Shown: in pieces, positions 33,401 to 40,177 of the stretch
Position numbering within the stretch: position 1 is the first letter of the stretch
Layout of the letters: each line of letters opens with the position of its first letter
Source: Craspedostauros australis
Lineage: Eukaryota
Assembly (NCBI GenBank): GCA_030167865.1
Contig: JALAGF010001133.1
Location: forward strand, 62,001-102,177
Reading direction: 5' to 3'
Length of the DNA: 40,177 nt
Made by a program: the position numbers and the translations under genes
The notes under the pieces: generated by a model
Told to the model about the DNA's origin: nothing
The model's database searches: none
Seen by the model: only the letters and a program-made list of their open reading frames with translations

Positions 33401-33961
33401 GACTGCGCTGCGCAGGACCTCCGGGCAGAGACGAGAGCATTGGCAACAGATGCCAAGATCCGTATCCAGGGTGGACGGGAAGCCACACGCGCGGCCATGA
33501 GCAGATGCACGAAGATCGGGGATGCGTCAGGGGACGTGGACATGAACGATGTTGCCTCGCTTGCCAGCAACTGTTGCGGCTTCGAAAGCCTGCCCGGGCT
33601 CGGGGAGGAGTTCCTCCACGCCCTGGCACTGCCATCGCATTCCGAAAAGAGCCAGAGCCCAAACATCGTGTCGGATTCCAGCATGGTGGACGATCAGGAA
33701 TACAAGCCCGTGAGGACCTTCCTCCTCACCGACGCATCCACCGGCCGACGCTTCGTGGTTCCAACTGACCCAAGCGGGGGCCGGGCTTTCAACGATTCGC
33801 GCATCTGGTGCTACAGACGCGGACGATTCTGCTTTCCAGGCGAAGCACCGGACAACAACTTCGTTTGGACACCAGAGCTACAGGCAGCATACGAGGCGGC
33901 CCTGAGACATCAACAGGACTCCAGCCGGCCAGAGGGTGGCATCGTTGCTGGTTCTAGCTAG
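30416..33961 (+). CDS. Armadillo-repeat protein, 1181 aa, with a ~390-aa Ser/Asn/Asp-rich disordered N-terminus; intronless
   Basis: Repeated ARM units: ARLHACIAIMNLSCGKANKIEI, ARLKATTCIKNLS, NACLALMNLSISKANK, ARIKACSALSNLAIGYDNK, ARTKACSILWSFA, ARFKCVAALTLLA. Strong codon bias. Confidence 0.9.
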   Translation: MAPREATGNFPDQLLTFEYEAAMPMGLPPVHDPLPPIQAMPGQNNNAADNTATDTEDGNAADALNLVAAGPSGGSEALQNVLGNVSEVDPLSIDPTEGHAAIWGADGAQPSATGPTLPQLSVERLGGLRPPSLQPPQSQPRSISTPASAMATSRAVSRAVSVGLSSSNSNSNSISNSINNSHNSTITSINNSHISSNNNMHLAPNAAPMDQDALPASSPLSTGSSLLSASIGHSSPTNPSFLPSASNSIQDGMTFSDGGSQRFRGRPFQVNSVLDNTTSLDSDDEDAPPGLDITYDSTGSGSTMSQGADEWDNGQSHVVEDDNDNDTNISPSSPVTPSSSVGSESAHSAGSFQLIHQNVAFDLSTENDPATPQAVSPVNGMSPTSPNSILLSFGPSTAVSDLKYFAERGCIVALLQALTTPRLVTLGTRMLADYAKMAHRRVAVASNKRILEFVQRTMLQATEHADWLGREYAVETVRSLTATEESDQYLMGTSGLLNTLALVARGGPFVTQFEGNGATRSIPLASEKARLHACIAIMNLSCGKANKIEIARVADVLGAMRDVMLNGNDEARLKATTCIKNLSNADANDAALLGTPGLVEALGHVAATTCSPKHGATPCTTNACLALMNLSISKANKHRVFRTAGVMDSLMCVLERTTAQGSSTEARIKACSALSNLAIGYDNKIPMFNYPGFVDSILNVIQTDTGEARTKACSILWSFAAEMKNQVPVVARGDILPVLVRVAQEDGTTEARFKCVAALTLLAESLDNAIPLLESGALAPLMDILHEAGADPTQWKGQTASWCVGFLMNIAQSDEAVPALREAGVVELLAPLLTLDHYQSLKAAMAVTFVCRFDEGDECYDLLRKTENVIPKIISLLHNTLSGRGGNGYKYGVFTLRSSVGCIAALASGPEFMKERIATNPVFESLLQVISDYCVDGGTPGAIVGGGRDDTLSATLAMRAMHSLTCHLIPVTGSSALPFGDSMESRLLTALISFEDCAAQDLRAETRALATDAKIRIQGGREATRAAMSRCTKIGDASGDVDMNDVASLASNCCGFESLPGLGEEFLHALALPSHSEKSQSPNIVSDSSMVDDQEYKPVRTFLLTDASTGRRFVVPTDPSGGRAFNDSRIWCYRRGRFCFPGEAPDNNFVWTPELQAAYEAALRHQQDSSRPEGGIVAGSS

Positions 33962-35033
33962 CTAGGAAGAACACTGAACACAATAATACAATAGAACAAT
34001 GTAATTCCTCGCAAACTTCTTTTTTTCCATTCTCTGGCGGAGTACTCGCAAGTATCAGTACGATGTTGCATTCAGACATCCTCGTGTGCTCTTCGCAACT
34101 TCTCTGTCGGCTTTGCCTTGCGTTGTCCCACCCTGCGCCATGTCGTCAACTCAACAACGTGAATGTCGCCAACGCAATCAACGCAATCAACGCATGAAAA
34201 CAGGAGGTAATGGCAAGATCACACGATGGCGTGGTGGGAAGATTCCGGAAGTACATGAAACGATTTCAAAGACGAGAGAAAATGACATAGGAGTATCGTG
34301 CACAATCGGCTTGTGCTGTTTGTTTTTCGGAAGTGATCAACGCCAATGACACATCCTCATTCATCGGATGGTCCGTTGATGAAGTGGCGATCGGCAAAGT
34401 TGTTTTCCCCATCACATGCACAACAACAACAGCAACAACAGCGCACCTGATGGGAGCTGTCGTTGGGTCGGGAGAGGAGACGTTGAAAGGTGCGCGATGT
34501 TGCGTTCTGACCAAAATCGGGTGCGCACATGAGAGACTCAACCAAAAGCGAAAAAGTGGGCGAATGCGAGCCACCCGCAGAGGATGAACCCAGAGGAGTG
34601 TTCTACACCACACTCGGCAAGAGTCTTCGCCCCGCGTGGCAGTTGAGATGGAACTTCTGTACGAGGATGAGGGGAGCGTACATACGACGGAGCGCAACCT
34701 GCCCGATCATCATCGGCAACACGAACGATGCACTCTTCATGTTGCTGGAGAATGTGATCGCGCACTAGCACTCACACCTCACCTGCGAAAGGAAAGGAGA
34801 GTTCACAGATCGACGGAGAGGTAAAGGGAAGATGAAAGCGCAACAAAACAGATCATGGCATCGTTATGTACTCGTCCATGTCAGTAGTTGATAAGGCACT
34901 TGCAATGATGCTGTATGCATAACCTTGCGGCTTACTTGTCTTAGATGGAGTATGTATAATAAGAGCTGATCGTTGCCTCGCGGACGCCGAAAAGTGGGGC
35001 GTCATGATCATGCCGTCTGTCAGCGTTCATCAA

Positions 35034-35930
35034 TCAGAACCCCTGGGCTCTCTTCCTGCCCAGGGCACTTTCCAAAAGCTCTTCGTAGAAGAAGCAACGA
35101 TCGTCGTTGTCATAATCATACCAGTCTTCTGGGAGAATTTCACCTTTCCCCAGGACACTCGCAATGTGCTCATAGAACTCAAGAGCCTCGTCTCCTCTGC
35201 AGCCGTGATTAAAATAATACTGCAATGGTGTAGCACCATTCGAGTTCCGAATGGTCAAGTCGGCACCCCAGTCCACCAACGAAGTGAAAACGTCATAGTC
35301 CCATGGAGATACTGCTTTATGGAGTGGGGTGCATCCGTTTGTGTCTTGGGCGTTGATATCGATTTTGTCAAGTAACACTAAGTATTCCATAGCGTTATAG
35401 CTGTCGCCCAGAGCCGCAGCATGGAGCAATGTCCACTCACCATTTGCTTTTACTTGGGTGTCAGCGTTACCTTCCTCAACCAAGTATTTCATGATATGCA
35501 CATCACTGTGATAAGTGTGGTGACGAATGGTTTCGTACAAGGGAGTTCTCCCAGTTGCATCTCGAGCGTTTGCATCTGCGTGGCAGGCTTTCACGAGATA
35601 CTTCACAGCATCAAAATGACCATTCTTGCAAGCAACGGCAAGTGGCGTGCGCTTCTTTTCGTCTCTCACTTCATCAATGGAAGCTTGTAGATTCTCCTTG
35701 CGCCATCGCTTGAGTTTCTCAAGATCGCCGATGTGAGCAGCCTCGATCAACTCTGCATTCGTCACAGATGATGCCAAGGCGTGAATGGTTCTAGCACGTT
35801 GGCCTTGAGTGCGCACCATCGCTGGAATACTTGTACGAGCGAAAGGATTCGCAAGTGATGGTGAAGCGAGCCCTTGCTGGCGAAGTGCGGGCGCCACGAA
35901 TGAGTGGAAGGAGATGTGAATCCGACGCAT
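35034..35930 (-). CDS. Ankyrin-repeat protein (about 5 repeats)
   Basis: RTPLAVACKNGHFDAVKYLV, GRTPLYET, WTLLHAAALG, GCTPLHKAV and GATPLQY. The N-terminus is basic and acid-free; the true start could be the downstream MVRTQ. Confidence 0.85.
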   Translation of the reverse strand: MRRIHISFHSFVAPALRQQGLASPSLANPFARTSIPAMVRTQGQRARTIHALASSVTNAELIEAAHIGDLEKLKRWRKENLQASIDEVRDEKKRTPLAVACKNGHFDAVKYLVKACHADANARDATGRTPLYETIRHHTYHSDVHIMKYLVEEGNADTQVKANGEWTLLHAAALGDSYNAMEYLVLLDKIDINAQDTNGCTPLHKAVSPWDYDVFTSLVDWGADLTIRNSNGATPLQYYFNHGCRGDEALEFYEHIASVLGKGEILPEDWYDYDNDDRCFFYEELLESALGRKRAQGF

Positions 35931-36544
35931 TGATCAGTGGGTTCCAGTTGTTTGCACGTGCGGTTGATCTTTTGGATCTTGGCTTGTGTGGAACGGGGAC
36001 GCCTGTTGAGACTGCGCGGATTCAAAGGAATGGCAATGACGATGACGATGTCAGTATGTTGGTGTTGATGTGGTTGATGCCGTTGATCGACGTCTGTTGT
36101 TGTTGATGCTTTCACTGTTTTCCTTTTTTATGAGTACGTATTGGATGTGGTGGAAAAAGCTTGGTTTGTTCAGTTCACATCCTCGTACCTCCACGTTGAG
36201 ATTTTGGAGCACCTCTGTGGTACAATGAAAACCCGAAACTTGATTGGGGTACGTAACGAGACGAGAACGCACAATGAACGTGAGGCTCACAACGATCCGT
36301 GAGAAATGTCGCGTCGTGTCGTGTTCCGTTGTGCTGCGCTGTTCCCGCCATCTGGTGACATGTGCCTGCTTCTGAGAATGGCAGAAAGCAGGTCGCTGCG
36401 AATGAGATCTTCCACAAACCCGTCTCCATCGTATTCACATCGTCACAGTCCCATCATGCGTGTAGCGGATCGCCCGCTTACCTGCCTCCCACATGCTCAC
36501 CACATGCTTACCACATACTTCATGGCTTGCTTCACACGTCGGAG

Positions 36545-37579
36545 TCAAATCGAGCTTGGCTTGGTCATTCCGAACGCATCCTTGATGAAATCAGAGAAGA
36601 GCACTCCGCTGTCTGCGCGGAATTGACTGTGTGCCTTGTCGCTAGTTTCCTCCCGTCGCTGAAATGCATCCACATCGACATCGAACCCACCAGCACGCAA
36701 GAAAGACCAAAGACCAGCGTAGTCGGAGCTGTCTGGGACTGGCACTTCGACGCATTCGATCGGCATTGCATTGGCAGCAGCTGCGTCAGTGCCGGCATCA
36801 TTCGCAACATCGTCCTTCGAAAGATGTTGGGTCAACAGAGACGCCGTCTCAGGTCCTGACAACGTATTCTGCTTTGGCCCCGGAACATCCATCACCGTGA
36901 GCTGTCCGTCACTTCCAGATGCGAGTGCGGGTGCGACCAGCGTTGACGATGTGAGACAGTTCGCAACGACGGCGGAAATATCGATCGGTGAAACCCAGTT
37001 GACACTGGCGTCGTATCCCAACGGCGTGGACATGGTTCCGTTGCTTCGTATCTCGTCCATGTTGAAATGGAGATTGGAAAAGAAGGATGTCGGTCGGACG
37101 CTGACAACGTGCAGATGGCATTCCTCGCGACAATACTGTTCGATCGCAACATGAGCGTCGCCGAGAGGACCTTGCGATTGGACGTAGTGGAAGGAATGCT
37201 CATCGATCCCGTAGCTGGAGATGCGGATGATGCAACGCACACTCGGTGTTTGTTTGGCGCAGTCGGCCAAGAAGCGCCCAGCTGTCACCATGCCCCCTGA
37301 TGATAGAGATTGCGGCAGGGCCACAAAGACTCGATCGCATCCCTCCATCGCTTTCATGACCGACTCTCGATCGTTGATGTAGTTGCCCTTGATGACAGTG
37401 ATGTCTGTTGTTGCATGCTTCTGAGCTGCAACGAGAGCTTCATGATCGGGCCGATTGGTGACGATCCGGATGCTGGCTATCCTGCCTGCATCTTTGTGAC
37501 TGCGAAGGATCTTGATGAGCTCAGTTCCGACATTGCCCGTTGCGCCAAGGATGGCGACTTTGTGAGGTTCGTTCGACAT
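36545..37579 (-). CDS. NmrA-like atypical SDR, NAD(P)H-binding
   Basis: MSNEPHKVAILGATGNVG, AMEGCDRVFV, HVAIEQY, VRPTSFFSN and VNWVSPIDISAVVA. Start placed at the ATG at 37579 rather than the upstream non-ATG ORF start. Confidence 0.85.
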   Translation of the reverse strand: MSNEPHKVAILGATGNVGTELIKILRSHKDAGRIASIRIVTNRPDHEALVAAQKHATTDITVIKGNYINDRESVMKAMEGCDRVFVALPQSLSSGGMVTAGRFLADCAKQTPSVRCIIRISSYGIDEHSFHYVQSQGPLGDAHVAIEQYCREECHLHVVSVRPTSFFSNLHFNMDEIRSNGTMSTPLGYDASVNWVSPIDISAVVANCLTSSTLVAPALASGSDGQLTVMDVPGPKQNTLSGPETASLLTQHLSKDDVANDAGTDAAAANAMPIECVEVPVPDSSDYAGLWSFLRAGGFDVDVDAFQRREETSDKAHSQFRADSGVLFSDFIKDAFGMTKPSSI

Positions 37580-38174
37580 GATCTGTTTGTCTGCTCTCCT
37601 TGTAGATACGGTGTGCAGTTTGGATTGATACTGTTCTCGCACGAGCGTGTGTAGGTACGAGTGTGTGTACGAGTGTGGGTGGAGTAAGATGTCGATTATA
37701 GTGGTGGAGTGAACGGCTTGTATTGTGTTGCGGTGGTTGGATCCGCCATCGTCAGAGACAAAGATGGAGGAAGGCACGTGGAGGGAGAGATCTTTGGCCG
37801 CACACACGTACGATGACAGACGTCATTAACAACAACAACAACAGTTGGCACAACAAACATCATCACAACCCCGTTGTCATGAATCCATCATTGGCACCAC
37901 CACACTGTCACAACACTGACAGACTCATCACCACCCGCATGCGCACCCTCGCGTATGTGCACGTGCATCAAAGAGGAGACGAGAAAACGACCTTGATGTT
38001 ACTATTACGCTGATGTTGCGAATGATGGAGAGAGATGGGTGCTCTCCTTGTGATTTGCAAACAGCAAATGGCAACTGAACCAACGACGGCGCACTCTCGC
38101 TTCCGCCTCCATTAAATCAACAAGGACAGCAATCAACCAAGACTAACCAACCAGCGCTCTACCAATATTCCAAG

Positions 38175-38669
38175 ATGAAGCGGACGCTCATTTCTCTCCT
38201 CGCCGTGGCGCTCATCCCAAGCGTCACGTCGTTGGCGTCCCCGAACCCAGTCATCGAGACGGTGGCCACCGCAATGGCCGTCGCCAAGCCACTCTTCGGT
38301 GTTGAGGCCAAGCTGCAAGCCTCCGTGCTCGACAAGATCGCCGGCGTCGACGAGGACCAGATTGCCGCCGATCTCCTCGCTAAACGCACTGCCAACAAGG
38401 TGCTCATCTACACCTACGCCATCTCTCCGTTCTCTACGGAGGCCATCAGCCTGCTGGAGAGCACCGGATACGAATTCACTCAAGTGGAGCTCGGCGTCGA
38501 ATGGTTCCTGCTCGGAGGAGAGGATTCCGTCAAGCGCGTTCTCTTGTCGCAGGAGCTCGACAGCGGAGCCACGTCCCTTCCAAAGATCTTCATCGGAGGA
38601 CGGTGCCTGGGTGGATATGGTAAGGGCAACGATGTTGCCTGCAGCATCTTTCAAGCACATCGACGTTGA
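38175..38669 (+). CDS. Glutaredoxin-fold protein with signal peptide (probably plastid/secretory), SPFS at the CxxC position; 3' end uncertain
   Basis: MKRTLISLLAVALIPSVTS signal; KVLIYTYAISPFSTEAISLL; GATSLPKIFIGGRCLGGY carries the cis-Pro and GG Grx motifs. A donor-like gtaagg follows GGY, so a splice is possible. Confidence 0.75.
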   Translation: MKRTLISLLAVALIPSVTSLASPNPVIETVATAMAVAKPLFGVEAKLQASVLDKIAGVDEDQIAADLLAKRTANKVLIYTYAISPFSTEAISLLESTGYEFTQVELGVEWFLLGGEDSVKRVLLSQELDSGATSLPKIFIGGRCLGGYGKGNDVACSIFQAHRR

Positions 38670-39551
38670 ATGAGTGTAAATGCCATGTGAACTCGAACTG
38701 CATCATCATCATCCTGCCTCCATTCAGGTGGTGGGTTGCAGTAGTCGTCATCAGCATGGTCATCATCATTGCCATCAAAACCTGGACGGGAATGATTTCC
38801 AACACTGTATGTTAACGTCACAGGGCTCAACAAAGTGGTGACGACGGAGAACAGACCCGAGGAAAGCGATGAGGATGTCGTGGGCTTGCTGGAGGGCGGC
38901 GGCGTGTTGAGCGATGGATCGGTCTGCTCTCGCGCTTTCGCTTTGATAATTCTCATCTGCTCCGCAACTGCTTCTGCGGCTGAGGATAGCCGTTGGTCAT
39001 CGGCACTCTTTGCACGATCATCGTCGTCGTCATCGTCGTAGTGACCATCAGCAACCTTCCCTCCACCTCCGGATGCATTGACGGCAGGAAGCGTAATCAC
39101 ATCGTCTCGTTGCAGGACGCTCCAAGAGAGCTCCGACCCGTCCGGAAGACCCCCAAGCACATCGCCGGATGTCGCGGTCAAGGACATGCGTTGCATGCAG
39201 CAGGCTGCATGGGCAGCACTCCACGAAGATGGAATCGATGCACTGCCTGACAGGCTCGTTTCAGTCTCAACCCATGGTGGCCGTGCAGATGTTGGACGTG
39301 TGCGACGGGATGGCTACGGCTGTTGTGCATGTATTGTATGATGCAGCGTCTTCGTCATGTGATGGTGTGGATCCTCTTGCCCTGCGACTACGGAATGCCT
39401 TGATGGTGGATGAACGAGATTGGATACTCGAACTACTACTCGTACTCATAGTATACTCGATCGTACCATTGTACGTTCGATTGTCCAATCCTTGGAGGAA
39501 GTCCAGAACGAGTTGCTCCACGTCCACAACCGCCACAACAGACATCAACAC
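38651..39551 (-). other. Possible low-complexity hypothetical gene or gene relic made of two ORFs in different frames (39551-39267 and ~39320-38651)
   Basis: Both frames read like disordered protein (D- and S-rich). Joining them needs a frameshift or an implausible ~25-nt intron. Confidence 0.3.
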
Positions 39552-39972
39552 AATTTGAAATCAGAACCTCAGTCTCAGAAATAATTCAATCACAGAAAGT
39601 GCCAAGCAAGTGCCTGGATTTGTGCCTCCAATCAGCAAAGCTGATTCATCGTGAATACAAGACGTGAGCGTGTGTTTGCTTCAGCCAAGCCTCGATACTC
39701 CACTCTACCAATGTGTGTATTCGACTCTACACTAGTTGTGTGGCGAAAGATTCGGTCTTTGCATTTCTATTGACAAGGAGTTTGGACATGTGAATGGTGC
39801 GGGTGCTGCTGCAGCTGTTCATGGGTCCGCATGGCAACACCCGATTCTGCGTGATGATGTGCTAGGTTTGCAATCATCATCCAGTTGGCATTGGCAGGAT
39901 CTGCTTGAATTCGCGCACCCGGATCCATATCCACAACCCTACTCGAAGAGGGCGGAGGCCACGACTGTCAAT

Positions 39973-40177
39973 TTAGCAACCGACTGCCTTGATGGTGAAG
40001 AGAGCAGTGGAGAACGGTCCCTCGACTCCTTGGGCCCAGATTTCCATGAACTGGATGTTGGACAGCACAGCTGGGGTTGGGCAGACACTTTGGTCAGCAG
40101 AGCATGGGGTGATGATCTTGCCGGTGGCAAAGTCCCAGGCATTGCTGAACTCATCGAGTGGGATGGTGTATCTGTTG
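39973..40177 (-). CDS. 3' end of a CIA30 (complex I intermediate-associated protein 30)-like domain protein; gene continues beyond the window
   Basis: Not in the ORF track. The frame from 40176 reads NRYTIPLDEFSNAWDFATGKIITPCSADQSVCPTPAVLSNIQFMEIWAQGVEGPFSTALFTIKAVGC-stop, resembling from memory the IPxxxF...WxxATG...C...CP...IW.EG..G C-terminus of algal CIA30-like proteins. Confidence 0.65.
   Translation of the reverse strand, partial: NRYTIPLDEFSNAWDFATGKIITPCSADQSVCPTPAVLSNIQFMEIWAQGVEGPFSTALFTIKAVGC

Noticed and set aside
34086..34830. Short ORFs between the ARM and ankyrin genes as a possible pseudogene
   Set aside because: Only vaguely protein-like fragments, with no identifiable family or consistent frame.
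14629..37579. The two atypical SDRs plus xylulokinase and MFS as a metabolic gene cluster
   Set aside because: They are far apart, have different predicted compartments and are interspersed with unrelated genes; no supportable pathway logic.

Overview
Gene-dense eukaryotic DNA, most consistent with a diatom or related stramenopile. The evidence is GT-AG introns mostly of about 170-430 nt (one of 900 nt), bipartite signal-peptide-plus-F plastid leaders and a diatom-style HSF; the taxon is an inference. By stitching splice sites I reconstruct about 15 protein genes. In order: JMJD7-like JmjC hydroxylase (runs off the left edge), a bacterial-type FGGY/xylulokinase, a spliced 54-aa microprotein, a WW-like/UIM protein, an MFSD5/MOT2-type transporter, Hsp70-interacting protein Hip, a small putative mitochondrial protein, a plastid-type atypical SDR, an HSF transcription factor, a six-exon ~1640-aa SLAC1/TDT anion channel with a ~1000-aa Q/P-rich disordered N-terminus, an ARM-repeat protein, an ankyrin protein, an NmrA-like SDR, a glutaredoxin-fold protein with SPFS in place of CxxC, and the 3' end of a CIA30-like gene. 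I see no rRNA, tRNA, CRISPR array, intact transposon or coherent operon-like novel system. The best leads are individual genes: the SLAC1 architecture, the hidden microprotein, the Cys-less glutaredoxin motif and the bacterial-type sugar kinase. All exon models are read by eye and need transcript confirmation.
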